Origin: Eledone cirrhosa
Lineage: Eukaryota
Direction of reading: 5' to 3'
Length of the DNA stretch: 64,000 nucleotides
Assembly: GCA_964016885.1 (NCBI GenBank)
Contig: OZ024742.1
Location: 347,696,001-347,760,000 of the forward strand
Shown: positions 21,339 through 34,500 of the stretch, in pieces
Position numbering within the stretch: position 1 is the stretch's first letter
How the letters are laid out: the number at the start of each line of letters is the position of its first letter
The notes under the pieces: model-generated
Told to the model about the DNA's origin: nothing
Databases searched by the model: none
Seen by the model: the letters and a program-made list of their open reading frames with translations, nothing else
Position numbers and translations under genes: made by a program

Positions 21339-21848
21339 ATAGACGGTAGCCACGGAATAGGCAGAACTAGAAAAACCTGGGACGAGCTGATAAACTCCGA
21401 CCTCACACACTTACACCTCTCCAAGACAATGTCACTGGACCGAGACCTTTGGCGGTACTCAGTAACAGAGAAGACCCGCCTTACCTAAATACATAGTAAA
21501 ACCTACTACACTCAGTAGGCATCTCTAACAAAATACCCCCGTCCCACCACCCCGTTCTATGTAAAGTTGTGTTGGTGCCACACCATCCAGGCCGAAACAA
21601 ATGAGATCGTGTAGGTGTCACGACAAAAAAACACACAGTCCACGCTGTAATGTGGCCGTGTAGGCAACACGGTAAAAACCTCCCAGACCCACACTGTAAA
21701 TGTGGTTGGTGTTAGGAAGGGCATCCAACTGTAGAAAACCTGCCAGACAGTCCTATGCGAGCAAGACAATCACTCTTGCCTCAAGTGGGACTACCCCCGT
21801 CCAAACCCATGCAAGCGTGGAACACGGACGTTAAACGTTGATGATGAT
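21339..21848 (+). mobile_element. RTE family A' 3' fragment
   Basis: [18 protein letters not shown]...EKTRLT*, followed by 3'UTR and tail. Confidence 0.92.
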
Positions 21849-22092
21849 ATATATATATATGTGTATATATATATATATATGTGTATATATATATATATGT
21901 ATATGTATATATATATATGTATATGTGTATATATATATGTATATGTATATATATATATGTATATGTGTATATATATATATATATGTATATGTATATATAT
22001 ATATGTATATGTATATATATATATGTATATGTGTATATATATATGTATATATATGTATATGTGTATATATATGTATATATGTATGTATATAT

Positions 22093-22817
22093 AAGCTGGG
22101 CCACGCATATAAGCAGGAAAGTTGACATGGCCCGCAGAATGTATTCCTGGATCCTCGGAACGTTCCAGTCGAGAGATTCCCACACCATTATCCTTCTCTT
22201 CTCCACTTTTGCCCGACCACACCTTGAATACTGTTGTCCACTGTGGTCTCCCCACACGAAACAAAGTATCATGAAACTTGAAGCTCCCCAAAGGGCAATC
22301 AGGAAAAAGATTGATGGCATGTCAGACCTTGATTCCTGGGGTCGACTAGAAAAGCTGAAACTTTACTCGCTCCAACGTCGCCGTGAGCGTTATATTATCT
22401 GCATGATGTGGAAAATGTTTAATCAGCACTGCCCAAATGATGTTGGCATCAGCTTCAAAATACACCCAAGGCTTGGGCCCCATGCTACCCGTCCCAAACA
22501 AAAATCTAAATCGCAACTCAACAACAATACGGCACAATTATTTCACCTCAATTAGCCCTGCTCTCTTCAACATCACACCAGGACACATCAAAACAGAAAC
22601 TGACCACACAAAATTCAAGAAGTCTTTGGACAAATTCCTCCAAGTAATCCCGGACAAACCACCCACACCCGGATATGTCTCCGCAAACAGTAATTCTCTT
22701 CTCGAATGGGCCATGGTGCCCAAATCCTGAATTGAAAGACTTCGCCTATTAAGTTAGACATGTATAGTTAAGTTAGACATGGCCTGGGCCAATACTGGCC
22801 AAAACATTTCAAAGTTG
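22093..22817 (+). mobile_element. CR1/L2-group LINE 3' fragment (RT C-terminus)
   Basis: [14 protein letters not shown]...LEAPQR...[16 protein letters not shown]...FKKSLDKFL is the CR1-type RT C-terminal signature; frameshift near 22515. Confidence 0.85.
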
Positions 22818-22913
22818 TATATGTATATATATTTGCAGTATAGCAATATAAGGTTGCACTTACCAATGAAACGGTCGTAAATACCTGGATTAAATCCTTC
22901 TCTTAATGCTTAC

Positions 22914-23060
22914 CTGTGTTTTCTCTTTTATACTTATACTCCAAGATTGAACGGAATTCTTACAAACTTGTGGAGTTACCCCTAACCATACGTTGAAACC
23001 ATCCATGAAACTGGCTTTCTTAACCAAAAACTGGATTACAATAAGCATTTTTTTGCTTCT
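22914..23060 (-). CDS. Candidate 147-bp phase-0 exon of an unidentified minus-strand gene
   Basis: Only non-repeat island in the cluster. Open frame [49 protein letters not shown] with strong donor CAG|GTAAGC and acceptor TTAG lacking a clear pyrimidine tract. No recognised homology. Confidence 0.3.
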
Positions 23061-23405
23061 CTAACTATATATATATATGTGTATATGTATATGTATATAT
23101 ATGTATATATATGTATATATATGTATATGTATATATATGTATATATATGTATATATATATATGTATATATATATATATGTATATATATGTATATATATAT
23201 ATATGTATATATATGTATATATGTATATATATATGTATATATATATATATGTATGTATATATATATGTATGTATATATATATGTATGTATATATATATGT
23301 ATGTATATATATATGTATATATATATATATGTATATATATATATGTATATATATATGTATGTGTATATGTATATATATATATATGTATATGTATATGTGT
23401 ATATG

Positions 23406-23436
<31 letters not shown>

Positions 23437-23675
23437 GTGTATATATGTATATATATATATGTATATATGTATATATATATATATGTGTATATATATATAT
23501 GTATATATATATATATGTGTATATATATATATGTGTATATATATATATGTGTATATATATATATGTGTATATATATATGTGTATATGTATATATATATGT
23601 ATATATATATATATGTGTGTATGTATGTATGTATATGTATGTATGTATATATATATGTATGTATGTATATATTAT

Positions 23676-24283
23676 GTCAGGTCACCACTTGGTGCTACTG
23701 GTAACATGTATCCCAGTACAACCTGTCTCATGGTCGGGTCGTTGGCGACTAAACTGGCAACCCCACTAAGGTTTCTTGGTGAGGAGGGTGACTTTGGACA
23801 TCCTGCAGGACTAAAAACAAAACCTGTCAAAGGGCAAAGGAGCTCTTAAGAGTCAATGGCCATCCAAAATCACTGGGAGAGATGACCCCTTAGCCTTTGT
23901 CAAGCCAGAATTCTAGAAGAAGGAAAACTCTGATATAACACCTGCAACCCTGATGGTATCCAATGATGTTGACTTGTTCTTCTTTTTGGTAAATATCATC
24001 TTGGTTAAGAGAGTGGGACTGGCTTTGTGCAGTGCCTTTGCTCACTATAAAAGCTTCACGGCACAAGCATTGCTTTATATCTGGAGATCTCTCTGCACTT
24101 GCCGTCACATGGTACCATGGGCCCACCACTATGTGTCAATAATTGTCACAAGTGTAGTGTTTGTACCAGAGTTTTCAAGTCGCTGGCTGGACTAAAAAGT
24201 CACACTCGTTCAGCGCATCAGTAGGGGTTCTCCTACATGGATATAAAGTAGTGGCCGTACTCGAAAACGAGTTGGCAGCCACC
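23676..24283 (+). mobile_element. Bipartite RTE-derived element, copy 4
   Basis: Same ends and body as 289-894. Confidence 0.8.
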
Positions 24284-24519
24284 ATGTATATATATATGTA
24301 TGTATGTATACATATATATATGTATGTATATACATATATATATGTATGTATATATATATATATATATACATACATATATATATACATACATACATATATA
24401 TATACATACATACATACATATATATATACATACATACATATATATATACATACATACATTCATATATATATACATACATATATACATATCTATATATATA
24501 TATACATATATATATGTGT

Positions 24520-24553
<34 letters not shown>

Positions 24554-24555
24554 GT

Positions 24556-24960
24556 TAAATATATAGTAAAACCTACTCCAGCCAGTAGGCATCTCTAACA
24601 AAATACACCCCGTCCCACCACCCCCACCCCCACCCGATCCACACCACCCCGTTCTATGTAAAGTTATGTTGGTGCCGCGCCATCGAGGCCGAAACAAATG
24701 AGATCGTGTAGGTGTCACGACAAAAAAACACACAGTCCACGCTGTAATGTGGCCGTGTAGGCAACACGGTAAAAACCTCCCAGACCCACACTGTAAATGT
24801 GGTTGGTGTTAGGAAGGGCATCCAACTGTAGAAAACCTGCCAGACAGTCCTATGCGAGCAAGACAATCACTCTTGCCTCAAGTGGGACTACCCCCGTCCA
24901 AACCCATGCAAGCGTGGAACACGGACGTTAAACGTTGATGATGATGATGATGATGATGAT
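24556..24960 (+). mobile_element. RTE family A' 3'UTR-only fragment
   Basis: Matches 20621-21015 starting at the ORF stop codon; (GAT)n tail. Confidence 0.9.
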
Positions 24961-25054
24961 GTATATATATATGTATATATGTATGTATATATGTACGTAT
25001 GTATATATGTATGTATATATGTATGTATATATATATGTATGTATATATGTGTAT

Positions 25055-25662
25055 GTCAGGTCACCAGTTGGTGCTACTGGTAACATGTATCCCAGTACAA
25101 CCTGTCTCATGGTCGGGTCGTTGGCGACTAAACTGGCAACCCCACCAAGGTTTCTTGGTGAGGAGGGTGACTTTGGACATCCTGCAGGACTAAAAACAAA
25201 ACCTGTCAAAGGGCAAAGGAGCTCTTAAGAGTCAATGGCCATCCAAAATCACCGGGAGAGATGACCCCTTAGCCTTTGTCAAGGCAGAATTCTAGGAGAA
25301 GGAAAACTCTGATATAACACCTGCAACCCTGATGGTATCCAATGATGTTGACTTGTTCTTCTTTTTGGTAAATATCATCTTGGTTAAGAGAGTGGGACTG
25401 GCTTTGTGCAGTGCCTTTGCTCACTATAAAAGCTTCACGGCACAGGCATTGCTTTATATCTGGAGATCTCTCTGCACTTGTCGTCACATGGTACCATGGG
25501 CCCAGCACTATGTGTCAGTAATTGTCACAAGTGTAGTGTTTGTACCAGAGTTTTCAAGTCGCTGGCTGGACTAAAAAGTCACACTCGTTCAGCGCATCAG
25601 TAGGGGTTCTCCTACATGGATATAAAGTAGTGGCCGTACTCGAAAACGAGTTGGCAGCCACC
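25055..25662 (+). mobile_element. Bipartite RTE-derived element, copy 5
   Basis: Same ends and body as 289-894. Confidence 0.8.
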
Positions 25663-25855
25663 ATATATATATGTATGTATATATATATGTATGTATATAT
25701 ATATGTATGTATATATATATGTATGTATATATATATGTATGTATATATATATGTATGTATGTATATGTATATATATGTATGTATATGTATATATATATAT
25801 ATATATGTATATATATGTGTGTATATATATATATGTGTGTGTATATATATATATA

Positions 25856-25899
<44 letters not shown>

Positions 25900-25968
25900 C
25901 ATGTGTGTGTATATATATATATATATACATGTGTGTGTATATATATATACATGTGTGTGTATATATAT

Positions 25969-26000
<32 letters not shown>

Positions 26001-26066
26001 GTGTGTGTATATATATATACATGTGTGTGTATATATATATACATGTGTGTGTATATATATATACAT

Positions 26067-26097
<31 letters not shown>

Positions 26098-26257
26098 TAT
26101 ATATATATATATATACATGTATGTGTATATATATATATATATACATGTGTGTGTATATATATATATATATATATACATGTGTGTGTATATATAAATATAT
26201 ATACATGTGTGTGTGTATATATATATATACGTGTGTGTATATATATATATATATATA

Positions 26258-26289
<32 letters not shown>

Positions 26290-26290
<1 letters not shown>

Positions 26291-27429
26291 TAGCCCACAG
26301 ACACATAATCATGTCTTCCCCCTGCTCCTGGCAACACTCATCAAACAAGGAATGACGACGGCGCCGCCATGCTTTTTATATTGATTTCATCTGGATTTAT
26401 GTTTTCTGACGATACTGTAATTATTGCGACTATATATATATATAGTTTCCTTTGTACAGTTATATATTAATCTATTACACATGCTGTGTTCACTCCTTAT
26501 TCTTTAAACATTACTATTGATACTACTGGCAACAACAAATAAAAAAAGAACATTCCTGGAAATTTAGTCTGGGTTATTTAAAATTTTTATATTTACCATA
26601 GAAGAAATATGTTAAGTTTAATGAATTAAATTTCATATGTGGACCAGACGTTAGAATTATATTTCTGATAATTTAATGTTTCAGTCATTTACGAAGTAAT
26701 CTTTTTATAAATCTATTAAAGAAAAGTATATTCGGACATCCCCACACCTATTTGATTATGTTCACAATATATACAGGGTGTCCCCCAAAAATGTATACAC
26801 ACTTTGATTACCTGTTCAGGCAATATTTATTAGAATGCTATTGAAGTGTGTACACATTTTTTGGGGACACCCTGTTTGTATATATTTATATATATATCCC
26901 GAGAGAAATCGGGGGTAAACAAATATATAAGTAGAGTGAGAATATATATATTGTTCAGTGGTTATTTTCCACACATTTACTTAGCTCAACTACCGGTGTT
27001 GGAAAAATTAGGTCTATATATTTCAACTTTTCCCCTAATATTCCCCAATATTTCATGCTACACTCCCAACATAACTGTTGATATTTCTATATTATTGTAC
27101 TGATTAACTCTCTTGCAGTAATTTACATGTTTTTATAACTAATTAATGTATGGTGTGTCTCATAGGTTAGGCCCTCTTTTATTTTCATATTGGCTAGAGT
27201 GATATCTATCTATCTATCTATGAATTGTGTATATATATGGCTGTCATTTTCTCAGAAAAACATTGAATTTGCACCCATTTATTGCTCTCTCTTTTTTCTC
27301 CTCTCTCTCTCTCTCTCTCTCTCTCCCTCTCCATGTTGGTGGTCTCTAGTCTACAGCAGCTGTTTTGATTCCAAAAGGTAAAACGACAGCCCTTCTTTCT
27401 CTCTCTCTCTATATATATCTATCTATCTA

Positions 27430-27470
<41 letters not shown>

Positions 27471-28000
27471 CATATATAATACATATAGATATATATGCCA
27501 ATTTTTTTTATATCTTCAGCAGTTTTAATAAACACTGCGCACTTAATATTATTCAGCCCCCCCCCCCTCCTTTCTCTCTCTCTATTGTGTGTGTGTGTGC
27601 ATATATATATATATATATTGTGTAAATATATATATAGATACACACAGCACGCGTCGTGTCTGTTTCCATTACCAACCACTTCAAGTGTGTGTTTGTATGT
27701 AAATATGTATATTGTCATTTAATGTCCTTACATATGTGTGTTTATATAGGAGTGTATAACTGTATGAATGTCACATCATCTCGTGTGTCACCATCTTATT
27801 TAAATAATCGAGACTGTTGTTGCTCCTGTTATATATATAGTCGTGTCGCTGTGGTTAATGTATGTAAACTGTTGCTATTCTATATTGATGTATATGAGAG
27901 GAAGAGGGTTAGTAGTGCGGATTCTTGTCGCAGAAGCGGGCGCCGTGACCCGGTTTCACATTTATCAATGAAATCTTGGAATGCTCAGACATCAAAAGCT
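26290..28000. promoter_or_regulatory. Possible (bidirectional) promoter region
   Basis: Local CpG clusters (GACGACGGCGCCGCCATG at ~26354; GCGGGCGCCGTGACCCGG at ~27936), YY1-like GCCGCCAT and CCATGTTGG, (CT)n tract, and donor-like AAG|GTAAAA at 27377. Confidence 0.3.
26774..26874. mobile_element. Tc1/mariner-type MITE (101 bp)
   Basis: TIRs CAGGGTGTCCCCCAAAAATGTATACACACTT / AAGTGTGTACACATTTTTTGGGGACACCCTG; TA on the left, right TA mutated to TT. Confidence 0.8.
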
Positions 28001-29299
28001 ATATTTTTTACTATTGTCCCAGTTAGAAATATGAAAGAAAGATATTGAGTGTTTCTATGTCTGTCTGGCTGTCTATCCCCACCCTCCTTTTTTTCTGAGT
28101 TCAGTTTCGCTTTGTGACACCTTGAGCAAGTGTATTTTACTACTGCCTTGGGTTGAACGGTCCCTTGTGAAGAGAATTTCGTAGGCGGAAATTGCACGGT
28201 CGTATGTATGATCTTGTGAATATACAGGTGAAAGTCTAGAGTTTGACTTGATTTTAAAACCATTAATCTCTACTGTGGTATCGAGTACTCATTCTCGCGA
28301 ATGTGCTTGTGTGCCTGTATATGTTTTCGTTTATGTCCCGTAACCTAGAGGTTCAACAAAAGAGCAATCGATAAAAAAAGCACCAGATTTGAATAAATTA
28401 GTATTGGGAGGAGGGGGTCAATATCATTGACTAAATCAAGATGGTGCTTCAGCAGGGCCGCTGTTTAGTGACAAAAACCAATAAAAGAATATAAGAAACG
28501 AATCTGATCTTTGATCTTTGTTATAAAACTATGCTGCTGTGTGTAGCAGATGTCTTAATCTAGTACTGTCTGTTTTTGCTTGGATTCTCTTCATCAAACA
28601 TTGTTAAATCATTTATAAAGGCAACATTGTCACAGCTGCCGCCCTCCCCTGCTGTTTTTTCTAATTATAACATTGAGATGGGAGAGGGGTGGTATTAAGC
28701 TCTTTTAGTCAACAATTGATATAGAAACTTTATGGCATTATTTGTTCCAATGTAAAATCTGTTAGTCTGAGAAAAAAAAAGACATTTAAAACTGCTTTTA
28801 AAAAAAACTACCAAAATTAGAGGTGCAATATATTAAAGTTCTACCAACCATAATTAATGTCTTCTAATAGAGACTACCAAAATATTCCACAATAGAAACA
28901 TTTAAACATTTAACTGATCTATACTTGTTTTCTTTTTCTATGTCTCTGGTTTTTGTTTGTTAATTATGCCTAACCCATGCTAGCGTGGAAGATGGACATT
29001 AAACGAAGATGATGATGAGGGATATGATACTTTTCTCAATCTGTCATGGCTTGCCAGTCCTACATGGATGTGTAAATTAAATAACTGTCTAAATATGAAT
29101 GATCTATGTTTCCTGTCCTTCCACTTTTATATGAAAGACAAACACTGTTTTGAAAGGACAACCTTGAACTTTGTAGCATGAACTTCGACATTTTCATGAC
29201 ATTTTCATTTTGCTATCTTCTTGCCATTGTATTTGTTGACTAAAACAATCGATTATATTCTTTTACTCCTTTACTGAGGCAGCTCTTTGATTACACTCC

Positions 29300-29652
29300 A
29301 ATCCACTACCCCTACCCTATCCTCCCACTCCCACCAACATCACCCTCTCTGTAAAGTTGGTACCACAACATCCAGTCCAAATAAATGAGATCGAGCTTGT
29401 GTAGGTGTCATGACAAAAAAAACACACAGTCCACGCTGTAATGTGGCCATGTAGGTAACCCGGTAAAAAGTTCCCAGTTCCACACTGTAAATGTGGTTGG
29501 TGTTAGGAAGGGCATCCAGCTGTAGAAAACCAGCCACATAGTCCTATATGAGCGAGACACGGTCACCCAACCAACCATGCCTCAAGTGGGACAACTCCTG
29601 TCTAACCCATGCTAGCGTGGAAGATGGACTCTAAACGAAGATGATGATGATC
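29300..29652 (+). mobile_element. Older RTE family A-like 3'UTR fragment
   Basis: Homologous to 20690-21015; (GAT)n tail. Confidence 0.8.
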
Positions 29653-30505
29653 AATCCACGTTAAGTCTGGTATTTTATGGATATCTTTATATCTTCAATA
29701 TTGTCACCAATATGCAAGTGTCACTTGTCATAGTATATGTCCGATCCTTTCATTGTCATATGTTTAAAGACAGACACTGTTTAGGATTTTCAAATGATTT
29801 TTAAAATAATAAAAAATTTGGAAGGATTTAATATTACTGAGTTTCTTATTCTTAAGCTAGTTTTTGGAACAATTTGTAAATTCTTAGATTATGATGGCAG
29901 GTTTTTAGATAGATAAATATCAACACTTTAAAACAAACAACTTTGTATTGATGAATTGAAAGGATCAGATTGTCTAATTAGCTTGATTTCAATGAACATG
30001 GAACATGCACACACACACACACACAAGGGGTCACGACAAAAAGCAATTAGTCTGGATTGTAGAATGGTTGTTTTGGTGCCATGATAAAAAGCACCCAGTC
30101 CATGCTGTAAATGCGGTTGGCGTTAAGAATGGCATCCAGCTGTAGAAACCAAACCAGAAACAGTTCTATATGAGCAAGACATGTGCATTAAACAATGATG
30201 ATGATATATAGGTATGACTCTTAATTTCTAAAATCTCATAGGATCACCTATGCGATGAGCCCATGTTAGAAAATATTTTTAAATTATTGAAAATACTGCT
30301 AAACTGTAGGAGTAGCATAAGAAATACAAGTGTAAACATCTGAGTAATGTTCCTAAAGTGACTTTTACAAATGGTGTCTTTTAATAACAGTTTATTAGAA
30401 ATATATATTTTTCTCATATGCACAAATCCTCTTCAGGAGCAATTTTTGGGTGATTTTATTTTTGTAAGTGATAAATCCTTTTGTCAGCAAACAAACAAAT
30501 CATAT

Positions 30506-31504
30506 TCTGTCATTCTCTGTAACTCTCAACATGGTCTGTCATTCTCTGTAACTCTCAACATGGTCTGTCATTCTCTGTAACTCTCAACATGGTCTGTCAT
30601 TCTCTCTAACTCTCAACATGGTCTGTCATTCTCTGTAACTCTCAACATGGTCTGTCATTCTCTCTAACTCTCAACATGGTCTGTCATTCTCTGTAACTCT
30701 CAACGTTGGTCTGTCATTCTCTGTAACTCTCAACATCTTGTCATTCTCTGTAACTCAACATCTGTCATTCTCTGTAACTCAACATCTTCTGTCATTCTCT
30801 GTAACTCAACATCTTCTGTCATTCTCTGTAACTCTCAACATCTTCTGTCATTCTCTGTAACTCTCAACATCTTCTGTCATTCTCTGTAACTCTCAACATC
30901 CTCTGTCATTCTCTCTAACTCTCAACATCTTCTGTCATTCTCTGTAACTCTCAACATCCTCTGTCATTCTCTCTAACTCTCAACATCTTCTGTCATTCTC
31001 TCTAACTCTCAACATCTTCTGTCATTCTCTCTCTCAACATCTTCTGTCATTCTCTCTAACTCTCAACATCTTCTGTCATTCTCTCTAACTCTCAAGATCT
31101 TCTGTCATTCTCTCTAACCCTCAACATCTTCTGTCATTCTCTGTAACTCTCAACATCTTCTGTCATTCTCTCTAACTCTCAACATCTTCTGTCATTCTCT
31201 CTAACTCTCAACATCTTCTGTCATTCTCTCTAACTCTCAACATCTTCTGTCATTCTCTCTAACTCTCAACATCTTCTGTCATTCTCTCTAACTCTCAACA
31301 TCTTCTGTCATTCTCTCTAACTCTCAACATCTTCTGTCATTCTCTCTAACTCTCAACATCTTCTGTCATTCTCTCTAACTCTCAACATCTTCTGTCATTC
31401 TCTCTAACTCTCAACATCTTCTGTCATTCTCTCTAACTCTCAACATCTTCTGTCATTCTCTCTAACTCTCAACATTTTCGGTCATTCTCTCTATGTAACT
31501 CAAC
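30506..31504. repeat. 29-bp minisatellite, ~34 copies (TCTGTCATTCTCT[G/C]TAACTCTCAACAT[GG/CT])
   Basis: Directly visible head-to-tail units with no spacers. Confidence 0.97.
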
Positions 31505-34500
31505 CAACAAGTATCTATAACAATAATCTTTAATCATTTTTAAACAAGTCAAATTCTTGCAGATACGCGGAAGAGATTTAGTTATGAATGTTGTGCTATT
31601 TCCTTTCCTTAACACATACTGCAACATCCCCATTACACATATTGCAATATCCCCATTACACATGTTGAAATATCTCCTTTCTTTTTACTAATAAAGAATA
31701 ATAAAATAATTGTAATAGATAGCTGTATGCTGAGTTACAGAGAATGATGGATTTATCCTTTGTTTAAATTTCATTTACTGCATACAAAATGGTGCCCTAA
31801 AGGTTGTAAAGTATATTAATGGGTTCCATGACAAAATGTTTGGGAACCCCCAACCCTAGAGGGCATGTCTGTATAGACTTTTAACTCCTGAAGTTGTAGA
31901 GGTGCCATCATTACATACAGTGTGTCATGGGCATTTTTAACCTGGTGGAGGCTATCTCCCTCTGTCTAAATACAGCTGATTTCTTCTAGAGAAAGAGTGT
32001 AAGAGTGAGAAAAAGACATAATGGATAATCAATCTCAGTGTAAGCAGCTATTTAACTAGCTTTACATTAGATTTGTGGTGGCTTTCAGTCACAACTGACC
32101 ATGGGTTTGCACTTGGAAAGTTCCTCTCCATCGACCTTGAAATGATGAAAGACCTTAAATTAAAAGATCAATCTATTGATAATGTCTTCCTCTTATAAAG
32201 TTATTGACGATAAGTTTGTTTGAATGAATGGTACAAGTTTAATCCTGTTTTCTTCAATCTATTTTCGTTTTCTCTCAACAATAAAATCATTGTGCAAGCC
32301 AATATATTTTTCTTTATAATTTATTTAGTGACATTGATAATAATCTATCTCCACTCCTTCCTACTAAAATACAGTTTTTCAGTTTTCTTTTTGGTATTAC
32401 ATAGAGATTATTTATTTAATAAAGATAATTCTGTTGTGAATGTTACATTATAACTAACTGGTAATAGGTGCTGGTGATGATGATGGCGACCTTTCAGGGA
32501 GAGTTGTACAAAGTAGATTTTCATTATTTATTTAGATATGTCGTTTATCAATTAATTTGAAAGTAATTTTCCATATGAGGGGGGGAAAAAATGCCAGGAT
32601 ATAGAGCTGCATTGCGAATGATTTCAATAATAAAAAATATTAAATGCTATAAATGGTGTTTAAAATGAATAAATGATCTGTTTATGTCCAAGTTCCAAGC
32701 AAATAAACTTTACCCACAACATACGTACCAATGTGGAAGCGAAAATATTTTTTTTTACACTGCACAAGCTATAAAAAGGCCGTCTTTCAGGGTTTCTATC
32801 ATTATTTTATGATGGTGGTGGGGTTATAAATTTTACCAAATTTTCAATCTATTGTCTAGTTGTAAAGATGATGGATTCCCAATCATAAGATTGTGGGTTC
32901 AAATCCTTGATTGTGTGTCATATTGCTTTTCATGATAGGATTAGGGCTCCTTATCACTAAAATACACAAGAAACCTTGCTTAATCTGCAGAGGCGTGATC
33001 TGTAAATTTCATTTCATTTTTCACTAAGGTGAAAATAGGTTTGTACTCCTCTTTTCCATAATTTTGGAAGTTTATAAATCTCGTGATACTTTTCTTCTTT
33101 AATTTCTTTTGTTCCTTATGGAATATTAAACTATGATAAAACAATAATTCTCCTTCCTCTTTAGCCATAACACATTATTCATATCTAAATTATTACATAT
33201 ATAGGCTAATTTGAATCTTGGTACTTTAATATTACATTGTAAACAGCTATTTAGCTAACTTTATCATTGGATTTGAGTGTCCTTCAGTCACGACTGACCA
33301 TGGGTTTGCACCTGGAAAGTTCCTCTCCAAGGCACATACCCAGTAGTCACCCATGCACGCCTGACTCTCTTCTCTATGCCACTGATGTCCAAGGGCGAAA
33401 CAGCTTGACACCAGTGCTGTCATGATTCCGCCCCCTCCCAAGTGAACTGGAAGCATAATTGCTCAGGAGTAGATTTGAGGCAATAGGGAGTCAAATTGAG
33501 TAATTGAGCCCAGTTCAATTCTCACCAATGTCAACATGCAGCTCTATTATATACATACCATAGTAAAGCATTAGTTCAATTACACATACATGTATATATA
33601 TATATGACAAGCCCCTACACTGTTTCTAGTTACCAAATTTCACTGATAAGATACTGATCCTGAGGTTATATTAAATACTTGCCCAAGGTTCAACACAGTA
33701 GGACTGGGCCCAGAATAATGTAGTTGCGAAACAAACTCCTTAACTACACAGCTATGTCTAATTGCTAAATATTGTGTGTGAAATAACTATGTAACACTTG
33801 AAGGTTTCTTATAATCTCTGGTCAGTTAAGGTTGCTGGAGATATCACTTTGTAAATTACCTTTTCTGTCAAACTATACTGTCATTTTAGCTATACAAACA
33901 TTCTTTCATAATCCCTTTGTTGCCAACAAACTATCTTGATAGGCCTTTGAGTGCAGCCATACTATAATGTTACTAGGTTGTCTTAATCCTTTCATTATCA
34001 TATTTCTAATAGAATACATTTTTGAGATAATAAAAAATGTGAAAGGAGTTATTAATATAACAATTTAGTGTTTAGAACATAACTTAAAGGTTCTAATATT
34101 GCCAGAAAAATATTTTGAAAATAAACGGGAACATTTTAAAGAAATGGTTTTTCATCATAGAATCAGTGGTGTTTTCAGGTGGGATGATATTGAAAGAGTT
34201 AAGACTTATTGTATATAGCTAGAGTGATCTAGCTGAAACTGTTGTAATCAGGCTCGTTCTTTAACTTTTAACATCTTGTAATGATTTAACAAAAAATAGC
34301 TAAAAACAGGTTAGTTAATTTAAACATTTATAGCATCCTTTCTCACTTAAATTCCCTGAAAATATCAAAATTGATTATATAAATTGCAGTCTACTCCATT
34401 ATCTTTTGAAAAGATAATGACTATTAACATTTAACATTCTGCAGGTTTGTTAGTTCTAATGTTTATAGTATCTTTATAACTGGATGACAGATAGTTATGA

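Noticed and set aside
30506-31504. CRISPR-like array (29-bp repeats)
   Set aside because: Units are contiguous with no unique spacers, there are no cas genes, and the context is eukaryotic
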